Made by a program: the position numbers and the translations under genes
Shown here: piece after piece, positions 1 to 8,805 of the stretch
Numbering within the stretch: the first letter of the stretch is position 1
Layout: each line of letters opens with the position of its first letter
Virus record (IMG/VR): IMGVR_UViG_3300034066_002191
DNA: 64,000 bases
DNA from: a virus
Strand: one strand, 5' to 3'
The notes under the pieces: model-generated
Told to the model about the DNA's origin: nothing
The model's input: the letters and a program-made list of their open reading frames with translations, nothing else
Database searches by the model: none

Positions 1-948
1 TCCTTTGTACCTACTAGATGAGCATATGTTCAAATAATCAATAAAAATCACATCAGGTTTAAATGATTTTTTAAGTGCTAGCTCATTTAATAGTGCTTTA
101 AAGTGTCCAGCATGAGCAGATGCAGTCGGATACTCTTTAATAATCAAAGATCCCTGAGTCTTCTTTGAAATGTTATTAATTTTGCTTTCAAATGTAGATT
201 TAGTTAGATCTTTAATATCTTTAATGTTTACATTCATTTGATTTGCATCAATTCGCTCAGCAATTTTTTCCTCTGCCATTTCAAGCGTAATGTATAGTAC
301 ATTCCGTCCTTGGAGCAAGTAGGAGCCAGCCACATGGCACATGAATAAAGATTTGCCGACATTTGTACCAGCAAGTGCGATGTTAAGAGTTTTAGGAGAG
401 AGCCCACCATTCGTAATTTTGTTAAAGTAATCCAGATCAAATTCAAGTTTATTCTCCTTTCTATTATAATACTCATAGCGTTGATCATAATCTTGAAGGT
501 AATCATGACCAACATGATTATCAAAACTTACTGATAATGCATCTGATAAAATTGATGGTATGGAATCTCTGTTTTTATCTTCATTTTTACCGTCAGCAAT
601 TTGAATAGACTCCATAAGTGCAAGATAAATTGCCCTATCTCTGCACCATTTTTCAGTAGTGTCAATCAACCACTGAAGTTCTGCTGGAGAATTATCAAAA
701 GAATCTACAATTGATACTATCTCTTTATAAAAAGTTTCATTTAGATCCGTTCTTTTGTCCACCTCAATTAATAATGCTTCCTTAGTAGCTGGTTTATTGT
801 ATTCATTAATGAAAGAGTATATCTCATCAAAAATAATTTTTAGATTATAATCTTGAAAATAATCCTTCCGTAAAAAAGGAAGTACTTTCCTAATGTAGTC
901 TTCGTTGTAAATTAGATTTCTTAAAATTAAAAGCTCAATTTTTTCCAT
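1..948 (-). CDS. gp41: DnaB-like replicative helicase, 5' part; runs off the window edge and is absent from the ORF track
   Basis: Manual translation from the ATG at 948 (overlaps the uvsX stop as TAATG): MEKIELLILRNLIYNEDYIRKVLPF..., Walker A LAGTNVGKS, YITLEMAEE, LIIKEYPT, IFIDYLNIC. Confidence 0.95.
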   Translation of the reverse strand, partial: MEKIELLILRNLIYNEDYIRKVLPFLRKDYFQDYNLKIIFDEIYSFINEYNKPATKEALLIEVDKRTDLNETFYKEIVSIVDSFDNSPAELQWLIDTTEKWCRDRAIYLALMESIQIADGKNEDKNRDSIPSILSDALSVSFDNHVGHDYLQDYDQRYEYYNRKENKLEFDLDYFNKITNGGLSPKTLNIALAGTNVGKSLFMCHVAGSYLLQGRNVLYITLEMAEEKIAERIDANQMNVNIKDIKDLTKSTFESKINNISKKTQGSLIIKEYPTASAHAGHFKALLNELALKKSFKPDVIFIDYLNICSSSRYKG

Positions 949-1952
949 TAATTACCATAACTAAATTGTGACTTTGCAATTTCATCAAGCTTTTGCATTA
1001 TTTCATCAGTGAAATGTTCTTCTGGATTTGCTAATATTTGCTTACCATATATTTTCTTTCCATTGATTTCATATCGACCAGCTTTATTTTCCCAAAGTCC
1101 GCCAAGTTCTCCAAGTTCAAGAAGCCCATAGTATCGATCTAAACCACGCTCATCATAAAACAAACGAACCTCCACATCTTTGTTTTCTTTACTTAGACGA
1201 GACTTGGCAGTTTTTGCTTTGATAATATTTCCAACAATTTCTGTTCCATCTTTTTCTTTTTTCTTACTGAGATATACGATAGTAGAAGCGGCGTACTTAA
1301 GACCACTACCACCACCCATCTCCTTAGTAGGAACATAAGCACCGATGACATCATAAGTATGATTAGTAACAATCATTGGAATTTTTGCTTGTCCAAGTTT
1401 CAATGTAAGCATACGAAATGCTCCTTTAATTAATTGAGATTTGGTCATGTCCCGAACTTCCTTATCATTCAGTGCATCATTAATCTCCTTACTTGTGGAA
1501 AGCATTCCCAAAGAGTCTAGCACAAACATACAAGGATTGCGTTCACCTTCAGGTTTTTTCATATACATATCTACTGCCTTGAGCGCCGTTCCACGAAACT
1601 CTTCAACAGTAACAACATTGACAACCACAAGACGAGAAGTATCAATTCCACGAGATTCTAGAAGAGATTTAGTGATAGCAGCTTCAGTATCAAAGTAGAG
1701 ACAGTAACCATTGGGATGAGTATCAAGAAAATTCTTAACAACGGCGAGCGAGAAGAAAGTTTTTCCAGTACTAGACTCTCCAGCAATAGCAGTAATCTTG
1801 TTCCCAGATACACCACCAAATATGCTACCTGAAACCAGTGCATTAAAAATGTACGAACCTGTGTCAACATAAGTCTCAGTTTCATCAATATCAGAAGCGA
1901 GTTGCGTATACTCACCACCAATTTCTTTTACGATGTCCTTTAAAAAATCCAT
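948..1952 (-). CDS. uvsX: RecA-like recombinase UvsX
   Basis: AGESSTGKT Walker A, YFDTE, VLDSLGML, MGGGSGLKYAAS; lies between gp43 and gp41. Confidence 0.96.
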   Translation of the reverse strand: MDFLKDIVKEIGGEYTQLASDIDETETYVDTGSYIFNALVSGSIFGGVSGNKITAIAGESSTGKTFFSLAVVKNFLDTHPNGYCLYFDTEAAITKSLLESRGIDTSRLVVVNVVTVEEFRGTALKAVDMYMKKPEGERNPCMFVLDSLGMLSTSKEINDALNDKEVRDMTKSQLIKGAFRMLTLKLGQAKIPMIVTNHTYDVIGAYVPTKEMGGGSGLKYAASTIVYLSKKKEKDGTEIVGNIIKAKTAKSRLSKENKDVEVRLFYDERGLDRYYGLLELGELGGLWENKAGRYEINGKKIYGKQILANPEEHFTDEIMQKLDEIAKSQFSYGN

Positions 1953-1982
1953 AAGTTTCTCCTTAATAATTTCAATATACCA

Positions 1983-4484
1983 CTAAACAAAAAAAGAATC
2001 AAGTGTTGTTTTTTTCTCAATATTCCACCCAATAATATCTAGAATCGCTCTTAATGGTTTGAGAAAGGTTTTTTCAAACTGCATTTCATAATCTACATAT
2101 TTTTTTAGTTCAAACTCTGGAGGCAAAGTTTGAATAAAAGCAATTACATTTTCGTGAATTGGATTTGGTAATTTGAGATAACAAAACTTAATTTTTTCTC
2201 CATTTTTAATCATTGAATATTTTTTCTGTAACTTATATTCTTTGATGTAATGATTATAGAGAATTGATCCTCTAACATGAATTGGCGTAGACTTGACATA
2301 CATTGTCAAATTAGATTTAAATTTTGTCAATTCATTTACTGACTTGGGAAAAGAAACTTCTTCCGGAGTCAATTCGAAAAAATCTCTTCTTGCAGTTGAA
2401 ATGAAATCGATCAATTCATCTTCCGTTGATGTCATAATAAGCTTAATTGCTTTTTTAATCCTATCTCGACAGAAAGCAGGAGTAGAAGATCTAATAGCTT
2501 CGATTCCAGTCATAGCCAGTTCTGGCTCTGAATATCTTACTCCCTCATTGTCCCAAACATTAGCAATGTATCTTTTTTTAGAAATAAAAACTGCTCGATC
2601 AGTTATCTTTTCTCGTTTCATATGCAATTTATGTGCATATGCATTCAGATATTCTGCTAGTTCTTTATAAGAACAATCAACATATTCTTGAATTTTCGTA
2701 GAGAAAATTTGATCCAGAAAATCAATAATTTCCAATTTGGATGGATTTTTGTTTTTATAAATCATGTCCACTAATGGCTTCATGTTCAAAAACGCAGAAT
2801 CAGTGTCGCAATACACAACATAATCAGTATCTTCAGTTTTCAAAATTTTGTTAAGATACTGGTTGAATTTCATTTCAATCCAACGAATTGCTAGCTGTCC
2901 AGTGTAAGTTACTGCCTCTGCGTTTCTCAGATCATAAAACCTAAAATATGGATTCCCAGTTGCACCATAACAAGAATTCAAACAAACTTTAATTGATTGT
3001 TCTTTTACACTATACATCGAAATTTGCTTTTTGAGTTTTGTTTCGTGAGTTTTTTCGTACTCTTTCTTCAACTCTTTCATCTTGTCTTTGTATAGCTTTC
3101 TTTTCTGAAACATCTTATCAAGAAGTTCAGGAAGAAATCCCATTTTATCTTTTTTATACATTGATCCATTTGGACAAACTGAATACTGATAATCTGTTGG
3201 TATCTGTGCAGTTTTATTCAAAATAGAATCAATTGATATATTAGAAAATCGTTTCTCAACTAATGTGTCTGGACTTATATTCAATCCCATCATAATATGA
3301 GGATACAGAGAAGTTAAGTCCATACTTACAACATAATCATAAGAACCAGGAATCGGCTCTTTTACAAATGCACCAACAAATTTGTCTGATTTCTCTTTCC
3401 CCTCGCCTTTGAGTGGAATCACAATATTTTTACGACGAAGGTAATTGTAAATGATTGTGTCCCACATTCTAACTTGATAGAAAACATCTTCAAAATTAGT
3501 TTTAGAGTCGTATGCAAGCATAATTGCCAATTCGACCATATGAAGTTTGTCTTCTAGTTTATTGACCAGTTCGGTATCAATGACATTATACTCTACAAAT
3601 GTGTCCCAATCACTATCATAAAAATCTTTAAAAGTTTCATATTGGCTGTGATCTAATTTATTTTGGCCCAGCTCATTAAATGCAATCGTATCTAGTCTAA
3701 AGTTTTCAGGTTTTTTGAATGAATACTTTTTATATAGATCGAAATAATCTATAATAGACACTCCAAAAATATCATAGATTGTTTGTTTTTCGCCTATTCT
3801 AACTTCAACTTGCTTATCGGAAATCCAATTATAAGGAGACAACTTTCTCGTCTCCTTTTCTCCTATCAATCTATACATCCTACCAATGATGTAAGCAAAG
3901 TCATAGTATAGACAATTCCAACCAGTAACGATCTCTGGTGTATTATTTTGCCAAAAATCAAGAAAAGAATAAATCAAAGCCGTTTCATCTACACAATAAA
4001 AATACTTATGATTTTCTAATTTTTTTCCAAATTTCCTTGTCCCCCAAGTATAGATCTTTTTTGATACATAGTCTTGAATTGTAATCAGTAAAATTTCTTC
4101 GTCGCAAGTTTTTGGGTCAGGAAATCCGTTTTCGGATGAAACCTCAATATCTATTGCCCAAATAGAAATTTTAGAGATATCGTAATCGATTTGTTCTTCT
4201 GAATAATTATCGGAAATATACTGATAAATCGGAGTCTCATTCCCATAAATTTTAAAACCTTCTACATCTTTATACTTATCAATATATTCTCTGGACTCTT
4301 TGATTGTTCCTGGTTGTATTGGCTTTACATATTTCCCATCTAGTGTTGTATATTCTGCTTTTACATTAGATGAGACATAAAAAGTAGGACGATAATCTAT
4401 AGTTTGAGTAAATTTTTCTCCGTCCTCATATCCTCTAACATATATCTTGTTTCCAAGCTGTTTGACATTTGTGTACCAACGCAT
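1983..4484 (-). CDS. gp43: Family B DNA polymerase
   Basis: Exonuclease motifs DIEV, TGWN..YD, YNVID; polymerase motifs DLTSLYP, KxxxNSxYG, YCDTDS, KKRY; C-terminal clamp-binding LDSFF. Confidence 0.97.
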   Translation of the reverse strand: MRWYTNVKQLGNKIYVRGYEDGEKFTQTIDYRPTFYVSSNVKAEYTTLDGKYVKPIQPGTIKESREYIDKYKDVEGFKIYGNETPIYQYISDNYSEEQIDYDISKISIWAIDIEVSSENGFPDPKTCDEEILLITIQDYVSKKIYTWGTRKFGKKLENHKYFYCVDETALIYSFLDFWQNNTPEIVTGWNCLYYDFAYIIGRMYRLIGEKETRKLSPYNWISDKQVEVRIGEKQTIYDIFGVSIIDYFDLYKKYSFKKPENFRLDTIAFNELGQNKLDHSQYETFKDFYDSDWDTFVEYNVIDTELVNKLEDKLHMVELAIMLAYDSKTNFEDVFYQVRMWDTIIYNYLRRKNIVIPLKGEGKEKSDKFVGAFVKEPIPGSYDYVVSMDLTSLYPHIMMGLNISPDTLVEKRFSNISIDSILNKTAQIPTDYQYSVCPNGSMYKKDKMGFLPELLDKMFQKRKLYKDKMKELKKEYEKTHETKLKKQISMYSVKEQSIKVCLNSCYGATGNPYFRFYDLRNAEAVTYTGQLAIRWIEMKFNQYLNKILKTEDTDYVVYCDTDSAFLNMKPLVDMIYKNKNPSKLEIIDFLDQIFSTKIQEYVDCSYKELAEYLNAYAHKLHMKREKITDRAVFISKKRYIANVWDNEGVRYSEPELAMTGIEAIRSSTPAFCRDRIKKAIKLIMTSTEDELIDFISTARRDFFELTPEEVSFPKSVNELTKFKSNLTMYVKSTPIHVRGSILYNHYIKEYKLQKKYSMIKNGEKIKFCYLKLPNPIHENVIAFIQTLPPEFELKKYVDYEMQFEKTFLKPLRAILDIIGWNIEKKTTLDSFFV

Positions 4485-4780
4485 CAGTTTCTAATTAGAG
4501 TTTTGTACTTATCGAGAATTGAAGTTTTAGGATCAATGATTGTAAGTATCTTATCTGAACTCATCAAAAATACTTTTTGTTCTGTTACTTCCATTAACCA
4601 TGGTCTCAGCGTAATTGTTTCCAAAAGTTTATCAGTAACAATTAAATATGGATCAGAAAGTTTACAATTTGGTTCTCCTATGTCTGCTACCACTTCTTCG
4701 ATTTTAGCTATCAATCTTTGTCCATTTTCTAAGACTAATAATTTTATAAATTCACTGGACTCAATAGTTGCCTCTTCCAT
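4484..4780 (-). CDS. Conserved hypothetical protein, probable Sm-like fold
   Basis: 98 aa with SD GGAG; LxxGxxLIAKI...DP...PW pattern; usual position between hsp20 and gp43. Confidence 0.75.
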   Translation of the reverse strand: MEEATIESSEFIKLLVLENGQRLIAKIEEVVADIGEPNCKLSDPYLIVTDKLLETITLRPWLMEVTEQKVFLMSSDKILTIIDPKTSILDKYKTLIRN

Positions 4781-4801
4781 GGTTCTCCCTCAAGAAGCCC
4801 T

Positions 4802-4830
4802 ATTATAGCACAAAAAAATGGGGGAGTCAA
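4802..4830 (-). promoter_or_regulatory. sigma70-type promoter for the gp43 operon
   Basis: TTGACT-N17-TATAAT on the minus strand, embedded in the hsp20 terminator. Confidence 0.75.
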
Positions 4831-4852
4831 CTGGATTTTGCCAGTCCCCCCC
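4812..4852 (-). terminator. Bulged hairpin plus U-tract downstream of hsp20
   Basis: GGGGGGG-ACTGG-caaaat-CCAGT-tga-CTCCCCC-ATTTTTTT. Confidence 0.7.
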
Positions 4853-4879
4853 TTTGCGCCGACGATATTCAATTACTAT

Positions 4880-5311
4880 TTAGAACCAAACTTTTTTCTT
4901 TTGGTGCTCCGGTACTATCTTTACTAATTTAACAGAAAGAAGTCCATCATCAAATGTAACTTCTTTAACTTCAACATCATCAGATATGGTCCAAGATCTG
5001 GCGAATGCTCTTTGTGCCAAGCCATGATGGACATATTCTTTTCCGGAATCTAATTCCTTTTCGCCTTCAATGAATAATTTATTATTCTCTGTATATACCG
5101 TAATTTGATTTTTCTTGAATCCGGCAAGAGCAAGTTCTAACCTAAATTCTGTGTTGCTTTCTTTAATGACATTGTATGGAGGGTAGTTTGATTCTGTCTG
5201 ATGTAATGCGCCAAACCTGTGGAACCATTCGTCCATTCCAATAGAATATTTTTCAACATCATTTAAAAATTTTTCAATATTTCCAGTATTATATTGAACT
5301 AATGCGTTCAT
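4880..5311 (-). CDS. hsp20: Small heat-shock protein Hsp20 (IbpA-like)
   Basis: NYPPYNVI, ELALAGF, YVHHGLAQRAFARSW, DGLL; SD AAGGAG. Confidence 0.95.
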   Translation of the reverse strand: MNALVQYNTGNIEKFLNDVEKYSIGMDEWFHRFGALHQTESNYPPYNVIKESNTEFRLELALAGFKKNQITVYTENNKLFIEGEKELDSGKEYVHHGLAQRAFARSWTISDDVEVKEVTFDDGLLSVKLVKIVPEHQKKKVWF

Positions 5312-5338
5312 TTGTGGTCTCCTTTAAAAGCGAGTGTA

Positions 5339-5365
5339 AATGTCAAACCCGAAGCATTTGACATT
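5339..5365 (-). promoter_or_regulatory. Hairpin in the hsp20 5' leader
   Basis: 9-bp stem AATGTCAAA/TTTGACATT enclosing a cUUCGg loop, just upstream of the SD. Confidence 0.5.
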
Positions 5366-5385
5366 ACTATTTTATAAGAGAACAT

Positions 5386-5411
5386 AAAAAAAGGGAAGTT
5401 CGGAACTCCCC
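5386..5411 (-). terminator. Intrinsic terminator after regA
   Basis: GGGGAGTT-CCG-AACTTCCC followed by T7. Confidence 0.75.
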
Positions 5412-5417
5412 ACAATT

Positions 5418-5855
5418 TTATTCGGTTTCCATTACTTTTTTCTTAGATCCTATCGAGTATTTTGCTTCAAGGATCCAATCATCCTTCTCTTTGTAAGGAA
5501 GGACTTTAATTTGATTTAATGGTGCAATATCAGAAACTTTATCTGGGTTTACTACCGTGACTAATCCCCAGTCAGATAGAAGTTTAATGATGCGATTGCG
5601 ACGCTGAACATCATTAACTGTCAGATTAGCGTGTTTGCCGTCAAGGGCAAAAAGCTCTTTAAAACTCACCAAATAATATTTCCCTTGTTTATGTAAGATA
5701 TGAACAGATTGATATAGCTTTTTTTCTTTTCTTGAAGCAACACCAATTCTAGTTAGAGTTTCTCTTACTTTAAGGAAGTCATCAGGCTCAGATAAAATTA
5801 TCTCAACCATCATGTCAGGTGTCCATTTTACCTGAGGTTCATTAATACTAGTCAT
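5418..5855 (-). CDS. regA: Translational repressor RegA
   Basis: DDFLKVRETLTRIG, LYQSxHILHKQGKYYxVxFKELF, LLxDWGL. Confidence 0.96.
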   Translation of the reverse strand: MTSINEPQVKWTPDMMVEIILSEPDDFLKVRETLTRIGVASRKEKKLYQSVHILHKQGKYYLVSFKELFALDGKHANLTVNDVQRRNRIIKLLSDWGLVTVVNPDKVSDIAPLNQIKVLPYKEKDDWILEAKYSIGSKKKVMETE

Positions 5856-6244
5856 CTCGTTCCACCAATATCAAGTTTAGATTTAATAAAGTTAATTTGA
5901 TCTTCAGACAGAATTTTCAAAATTTGAGAGGCTTTCTCATCATTATATCCATAATATTGTTTTATGTATTCTAAATTCTGTATTTTATCCTTTGTGATCC
6001 AAGAAGAAAATCTCTTCTTTTTTCTTATACTATTTAGATAAAACAAATATTGCATATCTTTATTAAGACTACAATTAATATTCATTTCATTTGCAAACAA
6101 GATAGTATCAATGTGTGCAGAAAGACATCTATTGATAATATATGGTGGATACGATTTGATGTTATCCGAATCACTAAGTATTAGGTTTTCTTTTGTTGAA
6201 TTTATAGAATTCAACCAATCTTTTAATTCGTATTTTATTTCCAT
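5852..6244 (-). CDS. gp62: Clamp loader small subunit
   Basis: YPPYIINRCLS, FANEMN, IKQYYGY; directly downstream of gp44. Confidence 0.92.
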   Translation of the reverse strand: MEIKYELKDWLNSINSTKENLILSDSDNIKSYPPYIINRCLSAHIDTILFANEMNINCSLNKDMQYLFYLNSIRKKKRFSSWITKDKIQNLEYIKQYYGYNDEKASQILKILSEDQINFIKSKLDIGGTR

Positions 6245-7179
6245 TCTACTTCACACATAATTTCAGTAAGACACGCAAGAAGATTTATTTCGTTATCTGC
6301 AACAAAAGCACTTCTATACTGATACTTAGAAATGACCAGAATTGCTGCTGGTATAGTTGATTCTACAGCAGAATCATATAAACAATCATATACTTTTCTA
6401 AGAACAATATTTGGGTCATTATCCATATTTTGGACAACCCATTTACGAACTTCTGTAAAATTCCTATCTTTTAAGAATTTTACCAATCCTGAAATCTTTA
6501 CCTCATATACATTTGCTAGTATACCAGAATCGACTTTTCCTCCAGAAGAATACCTCTGTATCTCGTTAAGAGTTCGCCTGAAATCGGGAAAATATTTATT
6601 AATCAATCCAACAATAGCTGCAGTCTCGTATTCAATTTTTTCTTTGCTGAGAATATCAACAATCCTCTTCATAAAATCTGCTGCTAGTTTTGGCTTTTCT
6701 TTTGGTGGAATAGAAAAATCAATAACGGCAGTCCGAGAATGTAGTGGCGGAATTAATTTATTTTTATAATTACAAGTGAAAATAAAAGTACAATTTGTCT
6801 GCAGTTCTTCTATTGATGCTCGTAATGCCAACTGTGCATCATTTGTTAGATTGTCAGCTTCATCAATTAGTAGTATCTTCTTACCAGTATTGGAAAGAGA
6901 CAAAGTAGAAGCATAATTTTTGACTTTGTTCCGAATAACATCAATAGATCTCTCATCAGATCCATTGATGACCATAAAATCCCTGTCTAATTCATTGGCT
7001 AAAGCTTTAATAGTAGAAGTCTTTCCAATCCCAGGTGGACCAGAAAGAATCATATTTGGAACTTTACCAGAATCTCTGGTCTCAGTAAAAAATTTTTTTA
7101 TTGACTCTGGCAGAATACATTGCTCCACTGTTTGTGGGGCATATTTTTCGACAAAAATAAAATCACGGTTCATAATCAA
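6235..7179 (-). CDS. gp44: Clamp loader large subunit (RFC-like AAA+); start may be 7173
   Basis: VEKYAP, GPPGIGKT, INGSDE, DEAD, FTCN, LHSR, YFPDFRR. Confidence 0.96.
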   Translation of the reverse strand: MIMNRDFIFVEKYAPQTVEQCILPESIKKFFTETRDSGKVPNMILSGPPGIGKTSTIKALANELDRDFMVINGSDERSIDVIRNKVKNYASTLSLSNTGKKILLIDEADNLTNDAQLALRASIEELQTNCTFIFTCNYKNKLIPPLHSRTAVIDFSIPPKEKPKLAADFMKRIVDILSKEKIEYETAAIVGLINKYFPDFRRTLNEIQRYSSGGKVDSGILANVYEVKISGLVKFLKDRNFTEVRKWVVQNMDNDPNIVLRKVYDCLYDSAVESTIPAAILVISKYQYRSAFVADNEINLLACLTEIMCEVEWK

Positions 7180-7195
7180 TCAATTCAAATTTTAG

Positions 7196-7708
7196 TTAAA
7201 TCCAGTCGGGTTTTCGCTCTGGCATACGAAGATAATTGTTCCTCGCCCAAGGTTTGGATGCAATGTACATCTTGTAAGCAGTGAAGGTATCAATGCTATT
7301 GTCGAGTTTATACTCATCTGGCATCGCTCTAGTAAATGATTTCACTTCAGTGATCTTTCCTTTAGGAAAAAGGTAATAAGCATCAACCAATGTTTTATAA
7401 CAAGAGTGGATTTTATTATACCTCAAAGTATATTCATCACATAAGTTAAGTCCATGCTTAATCAACCAATAAGCGTTATGGGTATTTTCCATTGCCCACT
7501 TGGTGCAGGGATGGTTGCGGAAAGCTCCTTTGTCTGTTTTGTAAGGAGTCTCATCCGCTTTAAAAAGATGGCCATATCCATGTCCCCATTTATCCGAAGC
7601 AACAATAGAGAGCATTTGGCAGCATTCCAGAGGCATCTTGACAATGTGTTTATCTGGAAGACAAATAGCACTCTCAGCTGGCCATGGAGATGTCACGAAG
7701 ATGTTCAT
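7196..7708 (-). CDS. Pyrimidine-dimer DNA glycosylase (DenV)-like protein
   Basis: MNIF...DKHIVKMPLECCQMLS, NHPCTKW, AMPDEYK pattern resembles DenV-related phage proteins; function inferred. Confidence 0.6.
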   Translation of the reverse strand: MNIFVTSPWPAESAICLPDKHIVKMPLECCQMLSIVASDKWGHGYGHLFKADETPYKTDKGAFRNHPCTKWAMENTHNAYWLIKHGLNLCDEYTLRYNKIHSCYKTLVDAYYLFPKGKITEVKSFTRAMPDEYKLDNSIDTFTAYKMYIASKPWARNNYLRMPERKPDWI

Positions 7709-7719
7709 AATAAAATCAA

Positions 7720-8388
7720 TTAATCATTAAAAACAGAATCAGGCTCAAGTGCAATATGATACTTAAGTTTCCTCGATTTACTATCAAACCTAGCTAGGAG
7801 TCGCTTAGAAATTGTAACATCATATGATCCTGGAACAATTTTAATGTTTTCTACTTTGAAATTCATAGTGAACTCATTTTCGGTTTCACCAACAATAATA
7901 GAAAATTCATTTGATGTGTCATTTTTTTTATCCCTAACTACCATACTAATAACACCATTTTCGCCAACCGCTGCCAAATCCGGAAGCTGATAGATATTCG
8001 ATGCTTTAAGTAGTTTTTCTAGCTGAGAGTGATCCAATTGAAATTGAACATCATCACTTGGAACTACAATTTCCTTTTCTGGCGGAGAAACAATCACAGA
8101 AGGATCAGCAAAAAAGTATTTTACTTTACGCTTACCTTCACGGATCGTAAGATATGAATCATTAGAAAAATCCAATTCTGGATTGTCATGTAATCCAATG
8201 CCGTTCAGAAATTGATTCAGATCGTAAATAGCGAAGTTTTTTGGGAACTCTTCTTGTACTGTTGCCTCGGCAAGAACATTCTTCATCACCGACATTGTTT
8301 TCAGTACATTTCCTTCTTTAACAAAAATAGATTGGTTAATGGAAGCAAAATTTTTAAGAATAATCAGGGTATCACTGGAAAGATTCAT
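7720..8388 (-). CDS. gp45: Sliding clamp
   Basis: LKNFASINQS, FAIYDLNQFL, IALE; synteny with gp44/62. Confidence 0.95.
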   Translation of the reverse strand: MNLSSDTLIILKNFASINQSIFVKEGNVLKTMSVMKNVLAEATVQEEFPKNFAIYDLNQFLNGIGLHDNPELDFSNDSYLTIREGKRKVKYFFADPSVIVSPPEKEIVVPSDDVQFQLDHSQLEKLLKASNIYQLPDLAAVGENGVISMVVRDKKNDTSNEFSIIVGETENEFTMNFKVENIKIVPGSYDVTISKRLLARFDSKSRKLKYHIALEPDSVFND

Positions 8389-8780
8389 TTGTTTTCAATA
8401 AGATTTAGGTGATTGATCAGGAGAATGGTGTAATGTAGAACTTTGAAAAGATCTGCACGAGGAGTTCCTTTCGTATCATAACGGTCAATGTACTTAGTCA
8501 CATTACCTGCACAAAATCCTTCACGACGATTGTGCTTAATTTTGTCTAGCGTTTGTTCCGTCCCACCACCAGTTCGGTCAACATAATGTTGACTATATGT
8601 GCTAGAAATATATTGCTCTAATTGCTTTAGGATCTTGTCTTCATTGTATTTCCAAAATCCATTGGAATTAGTTTGATCATTCATGAGTAAAATTGTCTTT
8701 TCAAGGTTAATTGTGTCATCAGCATTTACCGAAAATTTATACTGATGTTGTAAATTTCTTTCGTCTTCCGGCCCAAACAT
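8385..8780 (-). CDS. DUF3310-like protein (possible nucleotide kinase-like)
   Basis: STYSQHY...GFCAGNVTKYIDRY..KG....DLFKVLHY signature. Confidence 0.7.
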   Translation of the reverse strand: MFGPEDERNLQHQYKFSVNADDTINLEKTILLMNDQTNSNGFWKYNEDKILKQLEQYISSTYSQHYVDRTGGGTEQTLDKIKHNRREGFCAGNVTKYIDRYDTKGTPRADLFKVLHYTILLINHLNLIENK

Positions 8781-8805
8781 AATAATATATCAAATTACAA
8801 TAATA

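Noticed and set aside
234-524. 96-aa minus-strand ORF from the track
   Set aside because: Out-of-frame overlap inside gp41, which the track missed because it runs off the window edge.
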